From Strigamia acuminata (Eukaryota), in assembly GCA_949358305.1 (NCBI GenBank), contig OX442314.1, positions 3,410,001 to 3,474,000 of the forward strand: a stretch of 64,000 nt of DNA. Direction: 5' to 3'. Shown here one piece after another: positions 48,564 through 60,664 of the stretch. Numbering within the stretch: the stretch's first letter is position 1; each line of letters begins with the position of its first letter. The notes beneath the pieces were generated by a model. It was not told where the DNA came from. It did not search any database and saw only the letters and a list, made by a program, of their open reading frames with translations. The position numbers and the translations under genes are program-made.

Positions 48564-49229
48564 ATTTTGTTTGATTAAAATTCTTGGTATTTTGTGTGTG
48601 AAGTTGTGTGCAGAAAGAAAATCAAGAATAAATTGAATAGAAAAAGAATTTTTATTCGTCAAATAAATTTATATACTGTATATTTGTTGTCACCACTTAG
48701 AAATATTTATTATTTTTAATTACTCTGGTTTGCACACCCAAGCCAGCCTGCTGTGTCTTGGGGTTGAAAACTCCCCAGGCACACCTTACCCCATTTTGGC
48801 TGGGATGAGCTGCAAATTAACCGTTTTGGTGCAAAAATTCCTTTGTTGCATCAAAATGCACTCATTAGGCATATCTGCTGCGCACATCCAAAGTGTGCTG
48901 GCCTCAAATTTTTATTTTTGGCACACTCTTGATTTCACCAATAAACATACAACACATCTTGTCATTGCTCTGCCAATTCCGCGAGTTGATACACGCACTT
49001 TGTGAATTATCCCGTAATCTCTGCTCGTGAGCAGAGTTCTTTCCCATCGGCACCGCCAAGGACCGCCGTAGTCGTGCATTATTATCTACTTTCAATTCAT
49101 TGTTCCTAGTTCATTATTAGTTTAGATTTCATTTCTATTATTGTATTTATAAATGAATAAAAACAATTTATACTATTTTGACTAATTTAACTGTATCTTT
49201 ATTATTCCTAGACATATTTATCTTTTTAA

Positions 49230-49710
49230 TTTTAGAACTAAGACAGTTTTACTGCATCCGAACTGTTGGTTTTAACCCAGATCACAGCAAAGCCAAAGAC
49301 GATTGCCTGCTTGCCTATAAAACGTCGCCAATTTCGAAGCTGGGTCTGCCTCAAATATGTGTCAATGTCAGCCTCTCACACTATATTCTGGCTTGATGGC
49401 GTAATAAAGTAAAGTTTTTGATTTCCTCTGAGACATATCTTGACAGACGGTTTGGGTGTTTGCCAGATGTAGGCTTCGGTGATAGTCTTCAATGTGTAAC
49501 TTGGCTTTAGTGCAAATATTTTTGCATAAATGGTATCTGGTCATTTTTATAAATACCAGTCTGCCACCATTCTCGTCATCACTTCCATGAACCTATTCAG
49601 AGGTAGCCAGCAGATCCCTCAGGGTGTAATGAGACTTTATCACATTGTTAGTTAACTCTAGCCTATTGTTTGTGCATGGATGGCCAAGTCAATGCCCAAC
49701 ATACCACCCA
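49230..49710 (-). mobile_element. Degenerate MULE-type transposase fragment; paralogue at about 57040-57515
   Basis: Minus strand GHPCTNNRLELTNNVIKSHYTL (GSPCTNNGLELTNNVIKSHYTLR in the other copy) fits the TNNxxExxNxxIK catalytic-Glu motif of MULE transposases; broken by stops and frameshifts. Confidence 0.65.
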
Positions 49711-49861
49711 ACAAAACGATTTAAGAACTCAAAATAATCCAAAAAATCCAAAATGTTATTCTTAACTCTCTATTTCTTAGTGCATGTGATCCACAATGCT
49801 TTGCACTAGTATTAACCAATCAGGAGCCTTACACAATAAGAGTGTAAAAATGCCTTCATGT

Positions 49862-52800
49862 TAGTATATATCTTACTAATAACAAATTATGTTGAGGATG
49901 GTTGAAATGAAAGGTCAGTCATATTAGGCTAAGAACTAACAAGTGCTTTATTCGGGGTCAAGCTACAAGGTGGCGCTGGGGGTACAGCGCCTGAGGCAAA
50001 GATAACGTCACTACACAAAACATGCAGTGAAGTCCGAACACAGCATCATTCCCCATTAATGGCACATTAATCAAATCACAAATACAATAATAGAATTCAT
50101 TCACGATAGACAATGTACCAATTCGATTAATAAAAACAAATACACTTAATCACTGTTATTATATCCGTAAAATTGTGTCGGGTTGCGAATACGCTGGGGA
50201 TGGCGGTACGGCACAACAGGAGTATTGACGGGAACAGGAGGAGGTGTAGGAGCTGGAGAAGCATCACGAACGTTTAGGAGGTTGGGTGAATTGGGAGGAG
50301 CAACTAGGACTTGCGGTTGTACAACTGGGGGTGTATTACCGAGGTTTGAGTCGTCACTTATCAAAGGAAAATGTCCGCGATTCCCTCCCCCCTCCGGAAT
50401 TTGAGCGTGCGAAGTCTGGCGTTTTCGGAGCTGGTCCGCATGTCGGTTCCAAATTATGGCATTTCCGACGGCCACATCGTACGTGGTGGACGATGTCTTC
50501 TGCGATATTATCCCAGGAACCCATCTCGCGGCGTGCAAATAGTCGCGCGCGAACACCAATTCCCCAGGCTCGAAGGAACGGCGCGTTTCCACAGTTGTTG
50601 GCTCCGGCATTAAGCGGGGGTTCAACAAATGTAATCTAGTTCGAACAGTTCGTTGTAGAAATGCCTCGGACGGCGTAGTCCGTGTAGAAACGTGCGGCGT
50701 CGAGCGATAGGCAATTAAAAATTGGTCAACGGCTTCTGAAATGCTCAAATTCAAATTTAGAAATTTTCCGACTTGATTTTTAAAAGTCTTCACGAAGCCT
50801 TCCACTGCTCCGTTGGTAGCTGGGTGGAAAGGCGGTGAACGAGTTTGTCGGATGCCGTTCCGCGACAGGAAGTCAACAAATTCCGCTGAAGTGAATTGCG
50901 GCCCATTGTCGGAATGAACGTGGATCGGCAAGCCGTGACGTTTAAACCAACATTTTAAAACCGCAATTGTTGCTTTCGAGGTAGTAGCGGTCATCATACG
51001 AACTTCGCACCACTTGGTGCGCGCATCCACAGCCAACAGGAACATTTTGCCATGAAAGGGGCCGGCGAAATCGAGGTGGATTCGCCCCCAAATTTCGTCG
51101 GGAATGGGCCAACGCAAGTCGGACGTCTTAGGCGGATCCGGGAGTGCGCGCTGGCACACGTCGCACGAACGCACCATCGACTCAATGTCACGGTCGATTG
51201 ACGGCCACCAAACTGTTGAACGAGCGAGCGACTTGGTGCGCACGATTCCAAAATGTCCTGCGTGCAACTCCGCCAGGACCGCACGGCGAAGCTGTTCTGG
51301 CACGACTAAACGCTCCGACAAGAACAAGAATGGTCCATGTGTGGAAAAGGCGGACCTGTGCTTATAAAAATTTATTAAGTCAGGTGTCTTTGATTTCCAT
51401 TCGTCTCGGATGCACTGCAGAACTGCCTGCAATTGGGCATCTATGTCGTATGCTGCACGCAAGGCTGCCTGCGATACTGGAAACTGCGAAAGAGAAACGG
51501 AAAATATTTCGTTAACGTGCATATCGAGGTCTTCTCGACCGTCGACTACGGGTTGAGGATTGCGAGACAATCCGTCTGCAATTTGGTTGTCGACAGCAGG
51601 CACATGCTCGATAGCATAATCGTAGGCACTCAGGAAAATTGCCCACCGGTGCAGGCGAGCGGCGACAATTTGATTGCATCCTTTCTTCTCTCCGAAAATG
51701 GCCACCAGCGGTTTGTGGTCAGTTCGTAAAATGAATTTTCTCCCAAACAGGTGGTGATGGAAGCGGCGAACGCCATAAACGATCGCAAGACCTTCACGGT
51801 CGATTTGCGCATAATTTTTCTGCGCGCTGGACAAGAGGGAACTAGCAAAGGCAATCGGACGATGGATTCCATTTTCTACGTGGGAAATAAAGGCGCCCAC
51901 ACCGACCGGCGAGGCATCAACGGTCAGATAAAGTTGCTTCTTCGCGTCGTAGTGTGCCAGCGCTGAATCGACAGTTACTGCAGCCTTGACCTTCGTCCAG
52001 GCCTTGTGTTGTTCCGGTCCCCATGTCCACGGAGTATCGTCGCGCGTGAGGCGGTAAAGCGGCTCTAATAAAGTGGATAAATTATTAATAAATTTGCCAT
52101 AATAGTTTATGAGCCCCAGGAACGATTTGAGCGATAAAACGTCGGTTGGCTGCATGGCGTTGCGTAGTGGAGCCAATTTTGAGTCCACTGGCGTGATTCC
52201 TAGCTTGGAAATGTTCAGCCCCAAAAACTGCACACAAGCACGCAAAAACTTGCACTTTTTCCTATTTAATGTTAAATTGGCTTTGTTAAATGCACCCAAT
52301 AATTGATCCAGGTTGCATAAGTGCGTCGCGTTTGTTGCACCGGTCACGGCCGAATCATCAATGAACGGCTGCGTACTCTCGACTTTGGCTGTTAATTTGT
52401 CCATCTCGCGTTGGAAGATTGCCGGCGCGCTGGATATCCCGTAAAAAAGTCTATTTACTGTGAAGAGACCCAAGTGGGTATTAATTGTGCACACCAATTT
52501 ACTCTCTGCATCCAACTCCAGCTGGTTGTAGGCGTGATTCATATCAAGAGTAGAATACGTCTCACCGCCCGACAACTTCGCTGCAACATCTTCAAACAGA
52601 GGTAAAGGGTAAGAGTTGGGGAGAACCGCCTTATTTATGGTTCTATTATAGCATCCCGCTATCTTTAACGTGCCATCTGATTTAAGGACATGCATAATAG
52701 GTGTCGCCCATTTAGAAGAAGCGACAGGAGTTATGATACCTAAATCCTGCAGTCTGCGCAGCTCTCCCTCCAGTCGTGGCTTCATCGCGAGTGGAACTGG

Positions 52801-54584
52801 GTAATTCTTCAAAAATATCGGTTGCACGGCCGGATCGATATCGATGTGGACCTTGTGCACGTTGTAGCATCCGATTTCATCGCGAAAAACGTTGGCATGA
52901 CGTTCCAAAATCTCGTCCAATCTGTTGGACGACGGTGTATCGAGTTTCTCGGGCGTTGGCGTCGATGTGGACAACGAAAATACTTCTGCGCCCACCAGGT
53001 CGCCAGTTTTCGACAGCAAACCAAATGCTTCGAGCCAGTCGCGGCCAAGGAGTGGGATGGGGCCGTGAGTCGCCACGCACAACGGCAAACGAAAATCGCG
53101 ATCACGATGACGAACCGGAACTTCGCAAACCCCTTCCATTCGGAGTGTTGTGCCGCCATACGTATTCATCTGGATCGGAAGGGGCTGCAATGGAAAATTT
53201 GAAAAATATTTAGTATAAGTTTCGAGATTTATAAATGTAGCGCCTGCTCCCGTGTCCATTTCCATTAGGAGATTGACATTAGCAATTTTAATGGCCAAAA
53301 TAATTGGTTGTGTGGCTTTAATGCCAATCGCGTTGACGGTCGTCGTCAAATCCGGCTCGACAGCGTAGTACGTGAGCTGTTGTGGCATCTCGACTGCATG
53401 GACTGGAGCTGGTGACTTTAAGACCGACCGGCAAACTGGTTTGATGTGGCCAGTTTTTCCGCATCCGTGGCACGTGGCATCGCGAAAGCGGCACGCTTCA
53501 CGCGTGTGCGACTTACTGCCGCAAGCAGAACACGCCGACACATTTCCTTTCGAGTTGGATGGTTGGCGGCCTGGTTGAAACGAGGTAGTGCCCCTCGAGG
53601 AGCGTTTTCTACCCCTTGACGCATCGTGACGTGGTTTGGAGTCGTGGTGGAGTTTGTGCACCGGCAGCGCCGATGCATTCTGCGTCGCGATCGTCGAAAA
53701 TTCCTTTTGCGACACTTCAGCAGCGGCAGCGAACTCGACTGCGTCGTCGAACGTCAAATCTTTTTTTAACGTGAGCGCCTGTTGCACTTGCTCATTCTGG
53801 AGGCCACAAAGAAAGCGATTTCTTAATTCGTTAGTTTTGTCGGCGAACTCACAGCTTTGGGCCAGGTCCTGAAGAGCGAGAGAATACTCCAGCACGGTTT
53901 CATTCGGCAGTCGATCACGGCGGTGAAAACGGCGAATTTCTCCCAGCACGAGCGGCTTCGCGCGTGCATTTTTCTGCATCAAGGCCACAAGGTCCGCGTA
54001 CTTCAATTCAGCAGCTTCCTTCGGCGCCGCGAGCGTGTCCAGCTGCTTGAAGGTCGGCATGCCGACGTACGACAAGAGCGTATGGACCTTCTCCTGGTCA
54101 TCGACGATTTTGTTACAAGCGAAAATGCTCGTCATTCGCTTGCAATACAGGCCCCAATCCTCTGTTGGATCGTATTCCCGCGGTGTCCCTTTTAGAGCTG
54201 ACATTTTGATGGCAAAAGTCGGCGTTGAGTACGAAAACGCGAGGAAAACGTGACAATGGAACGTAGGCCTAACGTCGGGACGGCGTGGTCAGCAACGGGC
54301 CGAAAAAGTGGTCAAAAAGTTCGAAAAACACGAAAAAACTTGCGTCGCTACTGGATTCATTAGTTGCACGTGGATTTCGGATCCTTATCTCGTCGCCATT
54401 TAGTATATATCTTACTAATAACAAATTATGTTGAGGATGGTTGAAATGAAAGGTCAGTCATATTAGGCTAAGAACTAACAAGTGCTTTATTCGGGGTCAA
54501 GCTACAAGGTGGCGCTGGGGGTACAGCGCCTGAGGCAAAGATAACGTCACTACACAAAACATGCAGTGAAGTCCGAACACAGCA
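49862..54584 (-). mobile_element. Full-length Ty3/Gypsy element, Mag-like clade
   Basis: 184-bp LTRs 49862-50045 and 54401-54584 look identical. 5-bp TSD CATGT, PBS TGGCGACGAG (54389-54398), PPT GGGGAATGA. Paralogous empty sites at about 57670 and 60240. Confidence 0.95.
50146..54204 (-). CDS. gag-pol: Mag-type Gag-Pol polyprotein, 1352 aa
   Basis: Two knuckles CSACGSKSHTREAC and CHGCGKTGHIKPVC, protease MDTGA, RT FIDD, RNase H DAS/TDHKPL, integrase HHCC plus DFAGP/SDNGPQF. Confidence 0.96.
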   Translation of the reverse strand: MSALKGTPREYDPTEDWGLYCKRMTSIFACNKIVDDQEKVHTLLSYVGMPTFKQLDTLAAPKEAAELKYADLVALMQKNARAKPLVLGEIRRFHRRDRLPNETVLEYSLALQDLAQSCEFADKTNELRNRFLCGLQNEQVQQALTLKKDLTFDDAVEFAAAAEVSQKEFSTIATQNASALPVHKLHHDSKPRHDASRGRKRSSRGTTSFQPGRQPSNSKGNVSACSACGSKSHTREACRFRDATCHGCGKTGHIKPVCRSVLKSPAPVHAVEMPQQLTYYAVEPDLTTTVNAIGIKATQPIILAIKIANVNLLMEMDTGAGATFINLETYTKYFSNFPLQPLPIQMNTYGGTTLRMEGVCEVPVRHRDRDFRLPLCVATHGPIPLLGRDWLEAFGLLSKTGDLVGAEVFSLSTSTPTPEKLDTPSSNRLDEILERHANVFRDEIGCYNVHKVHIDIDPAVQPIFLKNYPVPLAMKPRLEGELRRLQDLGIITPVASSKWATPIMHVLKSDGTLKIAGCYNRTINKAVLPNSYPLPLFEDVAAKLSGGETYSTLDMNHAYNQLELDAESKLVCTINTHLGLFTVNRLFYGISSAPAIFQREMDKLTAKVESTQPFIDDSAVTGATNATHLCNLDQLLGAFNKANLTLNRKKCKFLRACVQFLGLNISKLGITPVDSKLAPLRNAMQPTDVLSLKSFLGLINYYGKFINNLSTLLEPLYRLTRDDTPWTWGPEQHKAWTKVKAAVTVDSALAHYDAKKQLYLTVDASPVGVGAFISHVENGIHRPIAFASSLLSSAQKNYAQIDREGLAIVYGVRRFHHHLFGRKFILRTDHKPLVAIFGEKKGCNQIVAARLHRWAIFLSAYDYAIEHVPAVDNQIADGLSRNPQPVVDGREDLDMHVNEIFSVSLSQFPVSQAALRAAYDIDAQLQAVLQCIRDEWKSKTPDLINFYKHRSAFSTHGPFLFLSERLVVPEQLRRAVLAELHAGHFGIVRTKSLARSTVWWPSIDRDIESMVRSCDVCQRALPDPPKTSDLRWPIPDEIWGRIHLDFAGPFHGKMFLLAVDARTKWCEVRMMTATTSKATIAVLKCWFKRHGLPIHVHSDNGPQFTSAEFVDFLSRNGIRQTRSPPFHPATNGAVEGFVKTFKNQVGKFLNLNLSISEAVDQFLIAYRSTPHVSTRTTPSEAFLQRTVRTRLHLLNPRLMPEPTTVETRRSFEPGELVFARDYLHAARWVPGIISQKTSSTTYDVAVGNAIIWNRHADQLRKRQTSHAQIPEGGGNRGHFPLISDDSNLGNTPPVVQPQVLVAPPNSPNLLNVRDASPAPTPPPVPVNTPVVPYRHPQRIRNPTQFYGYNNSD

Positions 54585-55787
54585 CATGTCCTGGTAGGTT
54601 TATTGTGTTCGTGCTAGAACATTCACTTACCAGGCAACTACAAGTAGAAAAGGCCTGTCTACAAGAAAACAATGTCATTCATTTTTGGTTCCCCCCTCAT
54701 TATATTACAGCACCCTTCCACACAGTAGCCATTTTGATGCAGTAATTTTGAAGGAGTTTTGATGAGTTTTGTTAAATTTCAAGCTTCATACAAATTGATT
54801 GTAATAGTTAAATTCACACCAAAAATGATTTTAAAATATCTTTTAATTTTTGTTCTAATTGTTTAAAACTACCTTTTGATCTTTAAGTGAGTCATTCATC
54901 CTATTAAAGACTATGCAGGCAATGCCAGAAGTACCTGGTGACAGGGGGCTCCGGACCAATGAAATTACAGACACAAACCAGGAATGACTATTGCGTGTCA
55001 ACTATACCGCCACTAAATAAGTGCCCAATTCCTCATCACATTAAAAAAAACAGTTAAGGTGAGGTTTACAAGGGGAGGGATGGGTCTAGGGGAGCCAGCG
55101 CCCCCTGGACCCATCTTTTGTTAAGAATAAACCCAAGAACACACGAAAAATCAAGAAACAGCATTAGTCACTCCTGGCTGAAGAGCCCCCTGTCGCCAGG
55201 CGTTACTGGCAATGCCTACTATAAGGGGAACCAGTAGTATATATCGCATAAATATGTATGTTAAATAAGTATGTTAAAATACCAGTTTCAACGGCTACAG
55301 GTATTAGCCCTTGTTTGACGAAATATTTGAAATTTAATGTGACAATTTACATTCAAAAAGAAAATTAAGAATAAAAGCATATGCAATAGCATTTTTATCT
55401 CGTCTTCATACACAAAGTCATTTTTCCAGTGTAGTGCTACCTGGATCGCTTTTACTATAATGAAACTAAATGTTTTAGCAGTGTTTAGCTGTAAAACAAA
55501 GAAGAAGAAAAGGATTGCTACAGGAAAACAATTTTTCTAAAATATCCATCACAAACTATTTTTAAATGTCAACAACAGCTCTATTGTTACATTGCTCAAC
55601 TCAATTAATTTGTATAGAACCAAGAGCAGGTGCTAGACTATTTGTAATCTATTTATGAAATTGACGCACAAATTCATTGGCAAATGCAACGCGTATATAA
55701 ACACCACTCAACACTAGACAAAGCATCACAAATTTGCCAAGCTGCCACTACTGTTTCTCTGTATTCATTGCTCGTCACCATAGCAGA

Positions 55788-56641
55788 ATGTTCAACTTCC
55801 ATTGTCATTTCATTCTCATCTTGACTGTTCTTTATACAACCACTGCAACTGATGAGCAGGTAAGTTAATTTTACACAATTAAATTACTAATTTATACATT
55901 TATTTATTTATTTTTAAGACTTGTGATGCGACAGAAAAGACTGCAGAGGTGTTTTGCAAAATTTTGGAAAAGAGATTCACTCAAGACAATGGCAAAGTAT
56001 TCATTAAAAATTTCAAAACACAAATATTCCAGTAAATTAAGTATAATTATTTTTAAATTTTTATACAGTTCAGCAGGTATGCCTGTGGCTGTGGACAAGC
56101 CGTTTTAAAATCGCAAGTAAATCCCTAAGTCATAAAAACGAAATTTATTCGTAATTACCGACTTTTGTTTTTCATATTTCAGCCCGACCTTTGCGATACG
56201 AAAAGTTACGATTTTTCTGCAGCACCCAAGTGTGGAAAATTTTTTAAATCAGTATGTTAAGAGTTAAAACAACTTTAATGAAATTTTTACTATTTAAAAA
56301 CGATTCTTCTGCATTTACCGTGTCTAGAAAGAGTTTAAAGAAGTGAGCAGCAAGAGGAGCTTGCTCGTCGATTATATTATTGACGTTATGTTCAAAAAAA
56401 GCTTTAAAGTTTGTACCGAAAGCGAGGACAAAGTGGTCGAACAAGCAGTTTCAGTTTTTCAGCCTGGATTAGCTTCAGATACTCTAGGTAAATGAGAAAT
56501 ATATCTATTTGTCATTGTTAAGTCATTTTCTATTTCATTTCAGATTTCTTGATTGGAAAGTCATTTAAACCTAAAACGGTAGAATTATATCTGGAATGTT
56601 ATCATCAAATAATAGAATTGGGATCCGAAGCTGAGGAGTAG
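55788..56641 (+). CDS. Secreted 8-Cys protein, paralogue C (174 aa, 6 exons)
   Basis: Exons 55788-55859, 55919-55996, 56069-56116, 56183-56251, 56328-56487, 56544-56641; frame intact; TATA at 55694. Confidence 0.88.
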
Positions 56642-58587
56642 ATTTTGTTTGCTTAAAATTCTCGGTATTTCGTGTGTGAATTTGTGTGCTGAAAGAGAAT
56701 CAAGAATAAATTGAATACAAAAAGAATTTTTATTCGTCAAATAAATTTATATATATATTTGTTGTCACCACTTAGAAATATTTATTATTTTTAATTACTC
56801 TGGTTTGCACACCCAAACCAGCCTGCTGTGTATTGCGGGTGAAAACTTTCCAGGCACACCTTACCCCATTTTGGCTGGGATGAGCTGCAAATTAACCGTT
56901 TTGGTGCAAAAATTCCTTTGTCGCACCAAAATGCACTCATTTCGCATATATGCTGCGCACATCCAAACATTATATACTATTTTGACTAATTTAACTGTAT
57001 CTTTATTATTCCTAGACATATTTATCCTTTTAATTTTAGAACTAAGACAGTTTTACTGCATCCGAACTGTGAGTTTTAACCCAGATCACAGCAAAGCCAA
57101 AGACGATTGCCTGCTTGCCTATAAAACGTCGCCAATTTCGAAGCTGGGTCTGCCTCAAATATGTGTCAATGTCAGCCTCTCTCACTATGTTCTGGCTTGA
57201 TGGCGTAATAAAGTAAAGTTTTTGATTTCCCCTGAGTCGAATCTTGACAGACGGTTTGGGTGTTTGCCAAATGTAGGCTTCGGTGATAGCCTTCAATGTG
57301 TAACTTGGCTTTAGGGCAAATATTTTGGCATAAATGGTATCTGTTCATTTTTATAAATATCAGTCTTCCACCATTCTCGTCATCACTTCTATGAACGTAT
57401 TCAGAGGTAGTCAGCTGATTCCTCAGGGTGTAATGAGACTTTATCACATTGTTAGTTAACTCTAGCCCATTGTTTGTGCATGGAGAGCCAAGTCAATGCC
57501 CAACATGCCACCCAACAAAACGATTTAAAAACTCCCCTTCAAAATAATGCCAAAAATCCAAAATGTTATTCTTAACTCTTTATTTCTTAGTGCATACATG
57601 TGACCCACAATGCTTTGCACTAGTATTAACCAATCAGGAGCCTTACACAATAAGAGTGTTAAATTGCCTTCATGTGCCGTGTCCTGGTAGGTTTATTGTG
57701 TTCGTGCTAGAACATTTACTTACCAGGGAACAAGAATAGGCCTGTTTATACGAAAACAATGTCATTTATTTTTGCTTCCCCCCTCATTGTATTTCAGCAC
57801 CCTTCCACACAGTAGCCATTTTGATGCAGTCACTTTGGGAGTTTTGATGAGTTTTGTTGAATTTCAAGCTTCATGCAAATTGATCGTAATAGTTAAAATA
57901 TCTTTTAATTTTTTATTCCAATTTTTTAAAACTACCTTTTGATCTTTGAGTGAGTCATTCATCCTATTAAAGACTATGCAGGCAATGCCAGAAGTACCTG
58001 GTGACAGGGGGCTCCGGACCAATGAAATTACAGACACAAACCAGGAATGACTAATGCATGTCCACTATACCGCGACTAAATAAGTGCCCAATTCCCCATC
58101 ACATTAAAAAAACAGTTAAGGTGACGTTTGCATGGGGAGGGATGGGTCTAGTGAAGCCAGCGCCTTCCTTGTTAAGAATAAACACAAGAACACACAAAAA
58201 ATTAAGAAACAGCATTAGTCACTCCTGGCTGAAGAGCTTCCTGTCGCCAGGCGTTACTGGTAATGTCTACTACAATAATGTTTTAGCAATACTTAGCTGT
58301 GAAACAAAGAAAAAGAAAAGGATTACTACAGGAAAACTATTTTTCTAAAATATCCATCACAAACTATTTTTAATTTTTTGTAAACAACTGCTCTATTGTT
58401 TCATTGCTCAACTCAATAAGTTGCACAAAGAGCAGGTGCTTGGCTATTTATAATTCATTTACAAAATAAAGCCACACAATCATTGGCAAATACAATGTGT
58501 ATATAAACACCACAAAACACTAAACAAAACACCATTAATTTGCCACAACCGCTTCTCTGTATTTATTGCTCGCACAAACATAGCAGA

Positions 58588-59440
58588 ATGTTCAACTTCT
58601 ATTGCAATTTCATTCTCATCTTGACCATTATTTATACAACCACTGCAACAGATGAGCATGTAAGTTAATTTTACACAATTAAGTTACTAATTTATACATT
58701 TATTTATTTATTTTCAAGGCTTGTGATGCGACAGATAAGACTGCAAAGGTGTTTTGCAAAGTTTTAGAAAAGGGATTCACTCAAGACGATGGCAAAGTAT
58801 TCATTAAAAATTTCAAAACACAAATATTCCAGTAAATTAAGTATAATTCTTTTTAAATTTTTATACAGTTTAGCAAGTATGTCTGTGGCTGTGCACAAGC
58901 CGTTATAAAATCGCAAGTAAATCCCAAAGTCATGAAAACAAAATTTATCTGTAATTACGACTTTTGTTATTCATATTTCAGCCCGACCTATGCGATACGA
59001 AAGATTATGATTATTCAGCAGCACCCAAGTGTGGAAAATTTTTCAAATCAGTATGTTGGAGTTAAAACCGCCTTTAATGAAATTATAACCATTTACAAAC
59101 GATTTTTCTGCATTTATCGTGTCTAGAAAGAGTTTGAAGAAGTGAGCAGCAAGAGGAGCATGTTCATCAATTATGCTGTAAATGTTATGTTCAAAAAAAG
59201 CTTTAAAGTTTGTACCAAAAGCGAGGACAAAGTGATTGAACAAGCAGCTTTAATTTTTCAGCCTGGATTAGTTTCAGATACTCTAAGTAAATGAGAAATA
59301 TATTTATTCGTCGTTGTTAAGTCATTTCTCATTTCATGTTAGGTTACTTGATTGGAAAGTCATTTAAACCTAAAGCGGTAGAATTATATCTGGAATGCTA
59401 CCATCAAATGATAGAATTGGAATCCGAAGCAAAAGAGTAG
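58588..59440 (+). CDS. Secreted 8-Cys protein, paralogue D (174 aa, 6 exons)
   Basis: Exons 58588-58659, 58719-58796, 58869-58916, 58982-59050, 59127-59286, 59343-59440; frame intact; TATA at 58500. Confidence 0.88.
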
Positions 59441-60664
59441 ATTTTGTTTGATTAAAGTTCTCGCTATTTCGTGTGTGAATTTGTGTGCAGAAAGAGAATC
59501 AAGAATAAACTGAATACAAAAAGAATTTTTATTTGTCAAATAAATTTATATATATATTTGTTGTCACCACTTAGAAATATTTATTATTTTTACTTACTCT
59601 GGTTTGCACACCCAAACCAGCCTGCTGTGTCTTGGGGGTGAAAACTCCCCAGGCACACCTCACCCAAATTTGGCTGGGATGAGCTGCAAATTAACCGTTT
59701 TGGTGCAATAATTCTTTTGTTGCATCAAAATGCACTTATTACGCATATCTGCTGCGCAGAACCAAAGTGTGCTGGCCTCAAATTTAGAGTTTTGGCACAC
59801 TCTTGATTTCACAAATAAACATACGACACACCTTGTAATTGCTCTGCCAATTCCGCGAGTACTGAATGTGTTAAGTTTTGTGTGAATCGAGACATTTTGC
59901 TGTATTCTTTCTGTTGGCGAATCCAGCCTTTTCCGTGTGTATCAAAACCAGTTGATAAACGCACTTTGTGAATTATCCCGTAACCTCTGCTCGTGAGTAG
60001 AGCTCTTTCCCATCGCCACCGCCAAGGACTGCCGTAGTCGTGCATTATTATCTACTTTCAATTCATTGTTCCTAGTTCATTATTAGTTTAGATTTCATTT
60101 TTATTATTGTATTTATAACCGAATAAAAACATTTTATACTATTTTAACTAATTTACCTGTATCTTTATTATCTATAGACAGGTTTGTGCCTAGTATTACC
60201 CAATCAGGATACATACACAAAAAGAGTTTAAAAATTCCTTCATGTGCCGTGTTCTGGTAGGCAAGGTTGAACGAGTTATTAGGTTTGGCCATTTGGAGAA
60301 TTAGGTGTACTCAGCTTTCATTGGCTCACATTTGATGTGACGTCAGTGGGCGCCAGCTGTGCTGATCAGTCTTGGTACATTGTGTTGCGTCTCCGGGTGT
60401 TCGACCTGTAAATACTTACCTTTACCTGGTCGATCCGCAATTGAGATGCCGTTGATAGGACTTAGACTCTAGTGCCTGTAAAAATAGTGTCTAGGGGTAA
60501 TTTTAATGAAATGAAAACTGGCGTTTGAATTGAATAAAATAACACAGATAACTTTATTCTCGGAAATACAAATGATTAAATGAAATATAATGTTAATTAT
60601 GACTAATAATTAATGGAGAAAGAAGACTAATGTGTTCTTTGGTCTCGATGAATTGTTTTAAAGT

